Part shown: positions 43,840 through 52,933 of the stretch, piece by piece
How positions within the stretch are numbered: position 1 is the first letter of the stretch
How the letters are laid out: each line of letters opens with the position of its first letter
From: Candidatus Poseidoniaceae archaeon
GTDB taxonomy: Archaea; Thermoplasmatota; Poseidoniia; Poseidoniales; Poseidoniaceae
Direction: 5' to 3'
Length of the DNA: 64,000 bases
Assembly (NCBI GenBank): GCA_049598575.1
Contig: JBMYNT010000002.1
Span: 699 to 64,698 of the forward strand
The notes under the pieces: generated by a model
The model's database searches: none
Told to the model about the DNA's origin: nothing
What the model saw: only the letters and a program-made list of their open reading frames with translations
Made by a program: the position numbers and the translations under genes

Positions 43840-44385
43840 ATGGATGTCGCCTCACACTGGTTGATGGGTTCGGGTGCGGCGAATGGACGTACGAAATTCT
43901 GGGTTGCTGGGTTGATGGGCGTCCTTCCAGACCTGCTTGTTTTCATTCCGAACTCCTTCTTTTTGGATGAGCGACCTGAAATTGATGAAAATACGGTCAC
44001 TGCTGATTTTGGATGGTACGCATGGGAAGCATACCAAGTCACGCATAGTCTCATTTGGGCGACGATTGGGTTCTTGTTTACGTGGATTTTCTTCGAAAAG
44101 CGAGGCGTTACCCAACGGTTGTTTACCGATCATTCCCTTTCAGCACGCAATGCTGCAATTTGGCTATGGCTTCCTTGGTTCATCCACATCTTTAACGACA
44201 TACCAACGCACACTGCCAAATTTTTTCCTACACCGTTTTTGGCTCCGTTCAGTGACATTCGAGTCGATGGATATCGATGGAGCACCCCTTGGGTATGGTT
44301 CACGAATTTAGCGATCATCATCGCCATTTGGTCATACGTGTTCTACAAGAAACGAAAGCAATCACTCATCGAGGAACGGGCGTAG
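43840..44385 (+). CDS. Membrane protein, possibly DUF457/YdjM-like membrane-bound metal-dependent hydrolase
   Basis: 181 aa with ~4 TM helices. N-terminal SHWLMG and internal HIFNDIPTH His-containing motifs. Its 3' end overlaps ribH by 24 nt (convergent). Confidence 0.4.
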   Translation: MDVASHWLMGSGAANGRTKFWVAGLMGVLPDLLVFIPNSFFLDERPEIDENTVTADFGWYAWEAYQVTHSLIWATIGFLFTWIFFEKRGVTQRLFTDHSLSARNAAIWLWLPWFIHIFNDIPTHTAKFFPTPFLAPFSDIRVDGYRWSTPWVWFTNLAIIIAIWSYVFYKKRKQSLIEERA

Positions 44386-44763
44386 TGCATCGACTGCAGC
44401 TGTTGCATGTGGTCCAATTCGAGGTCCAACATGCTCGGGTAATGCACCAGGACCAATGATGCCCAAACCGATTGGTTTGTTGTGAACCAATTGCAATTCG
44501 AGGATGGTTTTGAGAACGCCTTGACCCATGACAAGCCCGTGGTCCGTCTCGCCCTTTTCGATGATACCAAGGCAAAATGCTCCATCGATCTCCTCGTTGG
44601 CTAGGACTCTGTCAAGCGCTAGTGGAATCTCCATACAACCAGGAACTTCGATGACATCGACGATGTTGTATCCCAAATCCTCTGCTTGTGAGGTTGCGAT
44701 TTGCAGCATTTTATTCATCTCATCCAAGTGGTACATTGCGCACACGGCTACGATATCTGGCAT
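44362..44763 (-). CDS. ribH: 6,7-dimethyl-8-ribityllumazine synthase
   Basis: 133-aa archaeal-length lumazine synthase (…VPGCMEIPLA…). ATG start is confirmed. Confidence 0.85.
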   Translation of the reverse strand: MPDIVAVCAMYHLDEMNKMLQIATSQAEDLGYNIVDVIEVPGCMEIPLALDRVLANEEIDGAFCLGIIEKGETDHGLVMGQGVLKTILELQLVHNKPIGLGIIGPGALPEHVGPRIGPHATAAVDALRPFLDE

Positions 44764-44765
44764 GT

Positions 44766-45365
44766 TTATTTCTCCTTCATCATTCGTTCAACGGTTTCAA
44801 CAACCATCATGGTGGTTGAATCGATTTCAAGATTGACTGCATCTCCAACTTGCTTCTCACCGATGGTGGTCAGTCGCAGTGTTTCAGGAATCAAATGGAG
44901 ATCGAAATGGTCTTGTGAGACATCACCAATCGTGAGGGAAATGCCATCAATACCGACGTATCCCTTGCTTACAATGTATTTTCGAACGTCGGGTGGAGCG
45001 ATGATTGAATACTGAGCACCATCGCCAACCCGTTCCGATTTACTGACAAGACCTCGACCAATGATGTGTCCTGAGAGCAAGTGGCCTCCAACTTCATCCC
45101 CGTATCGCAACGATCGCTCAACGTTCACGTGATGTCCTTGCTCAAGTTGACCAAGAGTTGTCTTTTCAAGTGTTTCAGGGATGACATCGAATGAGACGAT
45201 ATCATCGGTAAATGCTGTCGCTGTTAAGCAAACACCATCGATGGAGATACTGGCTCCAATGTGCAATCCTTCCGTTGATGGGACACGGATTTGGAGGGTT
45301 GTGATTTCGTTTCCACTTTCTATAGAAACGATTTCACCTTTCCCTTGGACGATACCGGTGAACAT
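44766..45365 (-). CDS. Riboflavin synthase, bacterial/eukaryal alpha-subunit type (two Lum_binding repeats)
   Basis: MFTGIVQGKGEIVSIE N-terminus and internal duplication typical of RibE/RibC-alpha type enzymes. Confidence 0.85.
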   Translation of the reverse strand: MFTGIVQGKGEIVSIESGNEITTLQIRVPSTEGLHIGASISIDGVCLTATAFTDDIVSFDVIPETLEKTTLGQLEQGHHVNVERSLRYGDEVGGHLLSGHIIGRGLVSKSERVGDGAQYSIIAPPDVRKYIVSKGYVGIDGISLTIGDVSQDHFDLHLIPETLRLTTIGEKQVGDAVNLEIDSTTMMVVETVERMMKEK

Positions 45366-45805
45366 CAGAATTCACCTCCCTTTGCTCGCTCAACGATGCG
45401 AGCGATGATCTTCCGAGTTCCATCCAAATCGTCGCTTAAGCCTTCAACTCGGACTACTTCGATCGAGGTGAATCCTCTCTCTTCCAATGCAGTTCGAATT
45501 CGATCTTCAGCGTGTTCTTGGTCGTATCCCAAAGCGATAATGGATGGTTGAATCTCAGGTAGGATATCAAAGATAGGAACGTCGGGAGAATTACCAATGC
45601 AAGCAACATCGACAGGTTTCAAACCTTCAACCATGCGTCGACGAAGGTCCTGATTGGTCACGGGTTCATGCTTTCGCTTCCGGACGGTATCGTCATGAGC
45701 AACGACCACGGTGAGGTGATCTCCAAGGGCCTTTGCTTGCTCAAGATAGTGAAGATGGCCTGCATGGAGGAGGTCAAAAACTCCTACAGCCATGACCTTT
45801 CTCAT
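45365..45805 (-). CDS. ribL: Archaeal FAD synthetase (FMN adenylyltransferase), cytidylyltransferase family
   Basis: GVFDLLHAGHLHYL HxGH nucleotidyltransferase motif. ~145 aa, like M. jannaschii RibL. Confidence 0.8.
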   Translation of the reverse strand: MRKVMAVGVFDLLHAGHLHYLEQAKALGDHLTVVVAHDDTVRKRKHEPVTNQDLRRRMVEGLKPVDVACIGNSPDVPIFDILPEIQPSIIALGYDQEHAEDRIRTALEERGFTSIEVVRVEGLSDDLDGTRKIIARIVERAKGGEF

Positions 45806-45846
45806 CGTGTTCACCCGTATCGAGCAGAGGAATCATGTTCTTGAGA

Positions 45847-46554
45847 TTACCCATGCAAGGCTGCAATGACTTCTGCACCTTCCAAGAATGGAATTCCGCG
45901 CTCTGCTGCCCATGCTCGAGCATCGGCTACTGAGAGAGCTCCGTCTCCATCCGGCTGCAGCATTTCCGCACCGATAACAACAGGTGTCAATCCAGCGAGA
46001 CGAGCGATGCCGACTGCGAGTTCGGTATGACCTTGACGTGTCAAGAGACCACCTTGTGATTCACGGCACACGGGAATGTGCCCAGGTGTTCGGAATTCTG
46101 CACCCATCCGTCGCTGCGCCTCAGCCTCACTGAGTTCATCATCGAATACGGTCGCAGTGAGTTCTGCAAAACGACGGGTTGTGAGTGCTCGGTCGTGATC
46201 GGTAATGCCTGTGTATGTATCTCGGTGATTCAACGACAGCGTAAATGCTGATCGTGCGTCGTACCGCAGGTCGTTCGTCTTCAATTCAGCCAAGACAGGA
46301 TATTCTGCAGTCAAGGCATCGTGCGTGTGTAGATCCTGTAAAAACGGCAACCCGAAGGCTTGACCAACGTCGTGTCCGATGGCCAAAAAGAGAAGCCCTC
46401 CACAATCTTGACGGAGTTGTCGCATCGTTGCAGGCTGTGCAAATGCTGCAGGGAAGAGAAGGTCGGTTTCGCCCTCACGCTTATCAGAATCAAACAGGCA
46501 AACTGGATTACCTTGACGGAATGCAGCAATCGCAGCTTCGACAATTTCCGACAT
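45847..46554 (-). CDS. ribB: 3,4-dihydroxy-2-butanone 4-phosphate synthase
   Basis: DHBP synthase signature (…DSDKREGETDLLFPA…). Start at internal ATG M16. Confidence 0.9.
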   Translation of the reverse strand: MSEIVEAAIAAFRQGNPVCLFDSDKREGETDLLFPAAFAQPATMRQLRQDCGGLLFLAIGHDVGQAFGLPFLQDLHTHDALTAEYPVLAELKTNDLRYDARSAFTLSLNHRDTYTGITDHDRALTTRRFAELTATVFDDELSEAEAQRRMGAEFRTPGHIPVCRESQGGLLTRQGHTELAVGIARLAGLTPVVIGAEMLQPDGDGALSVADARAWAAERGIPFLEGAEVIAALHG

Positions 46555-46678
46555 ATGTTGTCGTTTCGTTTCACCTTCATGAACCGTCGTATTGCACATT
46601 ATGTACAGATTTCCGGCAAACGTGTGACGGAAAGGGGTTAATGTAGGGAACGGCTTGGCTTGTATTCGCGGGGGTGGA

Positions 46679-47830
46679 ATGATGGGTGTGAAACTTGGTC
46701 CTGCTGGCGTACCTTTGTCCTGTAAAGGACGAACAATCGTCGAAGGAATGGACGATATTATTGCTCTCGGACTCGAGACAATGGAAGCTCAAACGGTTCG
46801 ATTGATTCAACCACAGCACTTCGAACAATATTGGCAAGCCGGTGTTCTCGCCAACAAGGCAGATTTCGAAATGAACATCCACGGACCGTACTATTCCGAA
46901 CTTCTTGGCAATCGTGTCGAGCGTGGACGATCGCTTGCAAAGGTCGAGGCAACATTGCAAGCAGCTCGAACCATCAACGCACGCCACATTACGCTCCACA
47001 CAGGTCATTACGGTGACTTTGGACGCGGCACGGCTGCCAATGAACAGGTTGCAAACATCTTCTCCAGCATCGTCGAACGTGTTCACGACATTTGGCATGA
47101 CGACGAGGATGAGTTCCCAGTCTTCCCATGGATCAAGGATGGGACACCATCCAAGATTGGTATTGAGACATCCGGCCGTCAAGAATTGTGGGGGAGTCTC
47201 GAAGAAGTCATCGAAGTCGTCAACCACGTTGAGGGTACCATTCCCGTCCTCAACATCGCTCACATTCACGCTCGTGGTCATGGTCGAATGAAGACGTCCG
47301 AAGACTACGGTGAGTTGTTCGACATGGTTCGTGAATCGATTGGAACCAAGGAATTCTATTGCCACTTCTCAGGCGTCGAGCACCGAACAGGAAATGCTAT
47401 GCATTACACACAAATCAAGAAGTCTGATTTGAATTTCGAGCCCCTTGCAGAATTCATCGTCGAGGACGGTGGATGGTTGGACATCACCCTGATTTCGGAC
47501 TCTCCATTACTGGAACACGATGCCATGTACATGTTGCAAAACATCGACAAATCGAAGCACAAGCAACTTGAACGGAAAGCTCGAGAAGATCGCCGTCGTG
47601 CACTTGCTGCACAAACAGGTACATCGGTCGAGGACCTCCAGCGTCGCGAGGAGGAAATGGCGAAACTTCGAACTCAAGGTGGCAAAGAAGAGCCTGCTGA
47701 AGAGGCGAAGCCAGAACCTGAGCCAGTCAAGGAAGAAAAGAAGCCAAAGAAGAAGGCCGCTGCTTCCAAGAAGAAAGAAGAAGAAGATGTCTTCTCCTTC
47801 GACGAGGAAGACGATGACGACTTGTTCTGA
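46679..47830 (+). CDS. AP endonuclease family 2 / xylose-isomerase-like TIM-barrel protein (endonuclease IV-like) with a ~90-aa Lys/Glu-rich C-terminal extension ending in an acidic DxFxFDEEDDDDLF motif
   Basis: TIM-barrel core (…HITLHTGHYG…NIAHIHARGHG…). C-terminal tail KEEPAEEAKPEPEPVKEEKKPKKKAAASKKKEEEDVFSFDEEDDDDLF. Track start 46655 is a TTG; ATG is at M9. Confidence 0.65.
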   Translation: MMGVKLGPAGVPLSCKGRTIVEGMDDIIALGLETMEAQTVRLIQPQHFEQYWQAGVLANKADFEMNIHGPYYSELLGNRVERGRSLAKVEATLQAARTINARHITLHTGHYGDFGRGTAANEQVANIFSSIVERVHDIWHDDEDEFPVFPWIKDGTPSKIGIETSGRQELWGSLEEVIEVVNHVEGTIPVLNIAHIHARGHGRMKTSEDYGELFDMVRESIGTKEFYCHFSGVEHRTGNAMHYTQIKKSDLNFEPLAEFIVEDGGWLDITLISDSPLLEHDAMYMLQNIDKSKHKQLERKAREDRRRALAAQTGTSVEDLQRREEEMAKLRTQGGKEEPAEEAKPEPEPVKEEKKPKKKAAASKKKEEEDVFSFDEEDDDDLF

Positions 47831-47920
47831 TTCGGTGAACCAAATCTTCTCAGAAATTGTCCCTTTCTCGCTCTCGTAGAGGGAATGCACATAAGGACAA
47901 AGAGTTCGAAGTCCCTAGTC

Positions 47921-48919
47921 ATGGCACACATTGCGGTGTTGGGATTGGGAAATTGGGGGACGGCTATTGCTCGTCTTTGGCTGCTTGAAGGTCACCATGT
48001 GAAAGGTTGGACCATTGAGCAAGAAGTGTATGAATCAATCACGATGGATGGGGTCAATCGCAAGTATTTGCCTCAACAATCTGTTGAAGGATTGGAGGCG
48101 ACGATGCATCTTGAAGAAGCACTTGATGGTGTTGAAATCGTTGTGCTTGCCATTCCTTCATCGGTGATTCTCAACGTTGTAGATGATATCATACCGTTTC
48201 TCCGTCCGGGACACGTTCTGCTCGATTTGGCAAAGGGACTCGCTCCAGGAAAGCGATTGATTTCTCAAGCAATTCATGAGGCTTTGAAGAATGCAAATTG
48301 CTCAAACCCGTTAGCAGTTCTTACTGGACCAACCATCGCTCCAGAAGCGGCCGGAGGCGTAATGACAACGGCATTGGTAGCCTCTGAGGACCTCTCTGTT
48401 GCTGAACGACTCGCAGAGACGCTCTCGACACCTACCTTGCTTTTGCACGCAGCTTCCGACCCTGAAGGTGCAGAACTGTGGGGTGCGTTCAAGAACGTCG
48501 TTGCCCTTGCATGCGGCCTTGTTGACGGGTTGAAGACCATCGGAACACTTGGTGGAGACAACCTGAAAGCCGCTATTTTCAGTGCAGGCTTCAAGGAAGG
48601 ATGCATTCTCTTACCACTCCTGGGGGCAAGGGCAGAGGTAGCTTTTGGCCCTGCTGGATTGGGCGATTTGTATGTCACCTCTACCTCACCGTTCGGACGA
48701 AACAGATCCATGGGTGAAAAACTTGGAACAGGAAAGACATTGGAAGAAGCTCTTGAAGAAATGACGATGGTTGCAGAAGGTGTTCGTGCAGCACGCATGT
48801 TCCGTGATCGAGCCATCGATCAAGGCATTGAAATTCCGTTTACAAAAGCACTCAACACGCTTCTCGATGGTGATATTGAAGCAGAAGAATGCTGCCGACG
48901 AATGGTTCTCTTGGGATAA
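47921..48919 (+). CDS. gpsA: NAD(P)H-dependent glycerol-3-phosphate dehydrogenase
   Basis: MAHIAVLGLGNWGTAIA N-terminal Rossmann fold and the GpsA C-terminal domain. Start at internal ATG M13. Confidence 0.85.
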   Translation: MAHIAVLGLGNWGTAIARLWLLEGHHVKGWTIEQEVYESITMDGVNRKYLPQQSVEGLEATMHLEEALDGVEIVVLAIPSSVILNVVDDIIPFLRPGHVLLDLAKGLAPGKRLISQAIHEALKNANCSNPLAVLTGPTIAPEAAGGVMTTALVASEDLSVAERLAETLSTPTLLLHAASDPEGAELWGAFKNVVALACGLVDGLKTIGTLGGDNLKAAIFSAGFKEGCILLPLLGARAEVAFGPAGLGDLYVTSTSPFGRNRSMGEKLGTGKTLEEALEEMTMVAEGVRAARMFRDRAIDQGIEIPFTKALNTLLDGDIEAEECCRRMVLLG

Positions 48920-48934
48920 GGCCGATTTCCTCAT

Positions 48935-49186
48935 ATGGAGGGATGGTATCCTCCAAGCATGGCAGATGACAACGCCTCTGATTTGACCGAGTTTGAAGCA
49001 GGGCTTCTCGAGTGGTTGTGTGAAAACAACTTCCATGTTGAACCATGGTCAACACAAAAGGCTGCAAAGCAATTCTACGTTGAAGAGGAAGCCATCTACG
49101 AGGCAGTTGCTGCATTAACTCGAAAGGTCCCTCAACGCATTCAAGTGTTCTACAAGAACGGCGCTTTGCACATTGCAGCTGATTGA
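48935..49186 (+). CDS. Small acidic hypothetical protein
   Basis: 83-aa ORF placed 15 nt after gpsA. No recognisable motif. Confidence 0.3.
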   Translation: MEGWYPPSMADDNASDLTEFEAGLLEWLCENNFHVEPWSTQKAAKQFYVEEEAIYEAVAALTRKVPQRIQVFYKNGALHIAAD

Positions 49187-49190
49187 AACA

Positions 49191-50087
49191 TCACTGCTCT
49201 GAACCTTTCTTGAATTTCTTGAGGAAGGAGAACCACTTTGGTTGACGCACATCTCCTTCATCTGTCACAAATGAACGGATCATAAGCGAAAGCAGGTCAA
49301 TGATGATGACGACGATGAAGATGAGAATGAGTAAAGCAAGCACCTTATCGTACTGCAAGAGTTTCAGATAGGTGTTAATGTAGAAACCAATACCTCCTGC
49401 TCCAACAAGGCCAATCACAGTACCATGTCGAACATTGTACTCAAACATGAACATGAGTTGGCTGAGCAGATGGTTCCCAGTCTCAGGAACGACCACTGAA
49501 GTAAAGATGGTCGGATGAGAAAGTCCCATTGCTTTGCTAACTTCAAGAGAATCGTTCGGCATCCCCTCAAAGGCTTCGTACTGCAATTTTCCAAGATATC
49601 CAACCGTGTAGAAGGTCATAGCAAGAACACCCGCCAATGGCCCTACGCCAATGACGATGACGAAGATAATCGCCCAAATGAGCGATGGGAGGCTTCGGAT
49701 CGCAGAGAGCACGATTCGAAAAACCAAAGCGATGGGCATTGGCATCAGATTCTTCGCTGCAAAAGACGAAAGCGAAAGCGCTCCAATGAATCCAAGAATT
49801 GTTGCAACAAAGGCGATTTTGATGGTTTCAATCATCCCGATGTATCCAACCGAACAGAAGAGTTCGATGTTCTTCTCGCATACAGGATACGTTCGCGCTT
49901 CCAAAACCGACCAATTTGGAGGCCACATACTGTCGCCAGTAAATGTTAGCAGGTTGTCAATTCCTTGACCCAATCGACCCCAATCACCGGCTAAATCGAC
50001 GAGGATGAGGATTGCAAGGAACAACAATCCGCCTACAGCGGCGATGAAGCCCTTTCTCATTCTTCTTCCTCCTGTCGTTCGCGCCAT
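49191..50087 (-). CDS. phnE: Phosphonate/phosphite ABC transporter permease
   Basis: PhnE-type BPD_transp_1 permease. Overlaps the phnC 3' end. Confidence 0.85.
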   Translation of the reverse strand: MARTTGGRRMRKGFIAAVGGLLFLAILILVDLAGDWGRLGQGIDNLLTFTGDSMWPPNWSVLEARTYPVCEKNIELFCSVGYIGMIETIKIAFVATILGFIGALSLSSFAAKNLMPMPIALVFRIVLSAIRSLPSLIWAIIFVIVIGVGPLAGVLAMTFYTVGYLGKLQYEAFEGMPNDSLEVSKAMGLSHPTIFTSVVVPETGNHLLSQLMFMFEYNVRHGTVIGLVGAGGIGFYINTYLKLLQYDKVLALLILIFIVVIIIDLLSLMIRSFVTDEGDVRQPKWFSFLKKFKKGSEQ

Positions 50088-50734
50088 TCTTCGATGGACA
50101 TATCGAGAAGTTGTTCGTTTTCAATCACCCAGATTCTTGTGGCAATCATTTCCACATTTTCTTCATGATGTTCAACCATGATGATCGAATTACCTGTATC
50201 GATGAGTGTTTGCACTGCTTCGATGACAACGTCAACGGTAGAATGATCGAGTTCACTCAAAAATTCATCAGCCAACAATAACTTCGGCCGTTGTGCTAAC
50301 GCACGAGCTGTGGCAACCCTACGTAGTTGCCCACCCGATAAGCGACGAATCGGCTCGTGGATTTTTTCTTTTAGGCCAAGAGCAGAAATAGCCGATGTGA
50401 CGCGTTCAATTCTCTCTTCACGCTTTCCTTTCAGGACCGGAAGGCTGGCTCTTGCCCCCAGATTCACATTGTGATAAACACTAGCGTGGCGAACCAAACC
50501 AAGGCGTTGAGGGATGTAGCCCAAACCTCCCTGTGCTGGAAGATTGAGTTCAAACGAACCTTGTCGTGGATGAACCAAGCCTGCAATGGTTCGAACAAGG
50601 GTTGTTTTTCCGATACCTGATGGCCCTAGAACAGCGATGATTTCACCTGGATGAACCTCCAAAGAAATATCTCGAACCAAATCTTCCTTGAATCCGATAC
50701 TCAAATCAGAGATGGTCAGGAGTGGGTCTGCCAT
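50057..50734 (-). CDS. phnC: Phosphonate ABC transporter ATP-binding protein
   Basis: Walker A GPSGIGKTT, ABC signature LSGGQLRRVA, Walker B LLLADE. Start at internal ATG M8; the track TTG start would overlap the phnD stop. Confidence 0.9.
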   Translation of the reverse strand: MADPLLTISDLSIGFKEDLVRDISLEVHPGEIIAVLGPSGIGKTTLVRTIAGLVHPRQGSFELNLPAQGGLGYIPQRLGLVRHASVYHNVNLGARASLPVLKGKREERIERVTSAISALGLKEKIHEPIRRLSGGQLRRVATARALAQRPKLLLADEFLSELDHSTVDVVIEAVQTLIDTGNSIIMVEHHEENVEMIATRIWVIENEQLLDMSIEEWRERQEEEE

Positions 50735-50751
50735 GTGTGTCAGCCTCTTGT

Positions 50752-51897
50752 TCAAGATGAAATGTCATATTTCGTATCAAAGTAGTTCGAAATCCCTGGA
50801 ATCGCTCCGATGAGAGAACCATAAATGCCGAGATGCGTTTCCGTATCGGCTTGGACCAGCCCGTTCGTATTGAGGATGTTTGCAAGAATCTGATCTCCAC
50901 ATTGTGATGGGGAGATGGCTTCATCGACAGTATTCGCATTCACATCCAGGCATCCAGTCACAACAGCGTCGCCAACGACGCCATCTTCGAGATAGGTCTC
51001 ATTGTTGAGTGCAAGTAGAGCGTCAAGGACAAGTCGTTGCTTATCTACACTGAGGAAATCAGGATTGAACATAACAGGATGTGATGGAGCTTGCCCATAG
51101 GACGGCAGGAGAATGTATTCATCCAGCCCAAGGCACCAATCCTCGTTTGCAGCAGGGTCGTCGGATCCACAATAGGTCGCAACAGATGAATCCTTAACGA
51201 AAGCAACATCGCCAATTCCGTCCGATAGACAATGAAGAGCGCCACTGTAAGACGAATAGGGTGTACCCGAATCAGGGATACTCGCATCTTCACTGAAGTA
51301 CGAATAGATGGTTGACCTGAGCGATTCAATGTCATCTTCTGGGCCTACAACAGGCGCGTATCCTTCCGAGATGAGGAAGCCCATCGGAAGCAACATACCT
51401 GCAGATTTGAGCCATCCTGTGTGGCAGGAGGTGGTTCCTTCGAGAGCTGCAAACGGATCTGTTGAAGCATTGTCATCAAGATACGCAATTGCAGCATTTG
51501 AACCATTGAGAACGACTGCATGCGCGTTGTAATAGGTTCGACCATCGGATTTTGTATCAGCGGCTAGAACTTCCAATCCGTACTGTTGCCATCCCATCCA
51601 TGCTGCTCCCGCATCCATGAACGCAATGTCTGCATGTCCGAAACGCAACGCTTCAATGATGGCTCCTTCAGAAGTAATTGGATAGAGTTCGACCTCAAGT
51701 CCGGTCTGTTCACTCATAAAATCTGCAAGGATTTGTGGATTCATATCGACATTTGTGTAATCGTCTTTTATTTCAAATGCAATTCGAATGATGTTTGAAT
51801 TGCTCGAATCCGCACCATTTCCGAGGCATCCTGTCAAGCCGCTGACGAGCATCAAGAAGGTAATGAGCAATGATTTTTGCAACGAAGATAGCAACAT
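50752..51897 (-). CDS. phnD: Phosphonate ABC transporter substrate-binding lipoprotein
   Basis: Lipobox LVSGLTGC after a signal peptide. Periplasmic-binding-protein fold. Gene order is phnD-phnC-phnE. Confidence 0.7.
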   Translation of the reverse strand: MLLSSLQKSLLITFLMLVSGLTGCLGNGADSSNSNIIRIAFEIKDDYTNVDMNPQILADFMSEQTGLEVELYPITSEGAIIEALRFGHADIAFMDAGAAWMGWQQYGLEVLAADTKSDGRTYYNAHAVVLNGSNAAIAYLDDNASTDPFAALEGTTSCHTGWLKSAGMLLPMGFLISEGYAPVVGPEDDIESLRSTIYSYFSEDASIPDSGTPYSSYSGALHCLSDGIGDVAFVKDSSVATYCGSDDPAANEDWCLGLDEYILLPSYGQAPSHPVMFNPDFLSVDKQRLVLDALLALNNETYLEDGVVGDAVVTGCLDVNANTVDEAISPSQCGDQILANILNTNGLVQADTETHLGIYGSLIGAIPGISNYFDTKYDISS

Positions 51898-51958
51898 CAA
51901 CACCTCCTTTTCGGTCGCCCTAAAAACAAGAAGTATTTAATTTTAGGTAGGCCTAAAA
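51898..51958 (-). promoter_or_regulatory. 61-nt intergenic region upstream of phnD carrying the CCTAAAA-N15-TTTTAGG inverted repeat and a second CCTAAAA direct copy, with an AT-rich TATA-like core
   Basis: The motif gcCCTAAAAacaagaagtatttaaTTTTAGGtaggCCTAAAAc was read directly from the sequence, so positions are good to about ±2 nt. It lies between the stop of the upstream membrane-protein gene and the phnD start. Confidence 0.35.
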
Positions 51959-52870
51959 CTATGCGTCAATCCATGCATTGACCAAGGATTCAGCATACGG
52001 ATCCGTTGTAAGTCCATCATGGAAAAATGGACGCACGATGACCAACAACTCAACCGTTCCACCCCAGTTCGATTGTCCAACAACAACAACTTCGCCGACG
52101 TTCGTACCTTCCGGATCCGTTCCAGAGGTTGTATAGCAGTCGTAGACCCATACACTGAGTTCAACATCACCAGAGCCTGGCCGGAACGTGTGCGATTGTG
52201 CATCCCCTTTCTGGTCGAGGCGGAATGCTTCACTATCGATTCGGATTGGGACTCGTTCATCAACCAAATCAATGGCTTGACGCATTCTCGACTCCTGCAT
52301 GCCAAGCAACGACGAAATCCATATCGATGATTCAACTTGGAGGAATGGATTCTGTTGGTGGGGAGTCCGAAGAACTAGACTCTGTACAACTTCAAAATTG
52401 GTTGGATCCATTGGTTCAACAAAAACCCAGGTGTACTGCTGACTGCTGGGCCAAGCCGGTGCGTAGGGGTTCTCCGTTGCAAACGGCTCTCCCCATTCTT
52501 CAGGTGCACGCGGGGCGTCAGTAGGCATAAATCCAGAAGCTCCGAGCATCAACAAAACTAGCAATCCAGCCATCAGACGTCGATTGCGAAATTCAGTCCA
52601 ATCTAGACGCCCTGCAGGACTTGCAAATGAGAGAGCTACGACGATTGGCAAAACAACGAACGCACCATAAGGGACGACGAGCAAGAGAACGAGTCCAACG
52701 AATGCGTACAATGTCGAACGTTCACCGATGAACGATACGAATTCAATTGATTCGTCCTTGGAAACTAACCTCAGAATGCCAAAAGCAAGTGGAATCGAAC
52801 CAAGAACGAGGAGGATGCCAACCGCATCAATGGCCATGCCCATGCTCGATGAACATGGTGAATCGGTCAT
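51959..52870 (-). CDS. Hypothetical membrane protein (~4 TM helices plus ~190-aa extracytoplasmic C-terminal domain)
   Basis: Start at internal ATG M11. No recognisable family. Confidence 0.5.
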   Translation of the reverse strand: MTDSPCSSSMGMAIDAVGILLVLGSIPLAFGILRLVSKDESIEFVSFIGERSTLYAFVGLVLLLVVPYGAFVVLPIVVALSFASPAGRLDWTEFRNRRLMAGLLVLLMLGASGFMPTDAPRAPEEWGEPFATENPYAPAWPSSQQYTWVFVEPMDPTNFEVVQSLVLRTPHQQNPFLQVESSIWISSLLGMQESRMRQAIDLVDERVPIRIDSEAFRLDQKGDAQSHTFRPGSGDVELSVWVYDCYTTSGTDPEGTNVGEVVVVGQSNWGGTVELLVIVRPFFHDGLTTDPYAESLVNAWIDA

Positions 52871-52933
52871 ATGCGTTTGGGATGGCGTTACCAAAAACAA
52901 AGCATTTGAGACATATGCCTTCTAAGCCGTAGC

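Noticed and set aside
47831-47920. Possible hairpin or terminator (CCCTTTCTCGCTCTCGTAGAGGG) between the nfo-like gene and gpsA
   Set aside because: The stem is short and imperfect with only CCC/GGG pairing cleanly. It is more likely a pyrimidine-rich spacer, and not enough to call a terminator.
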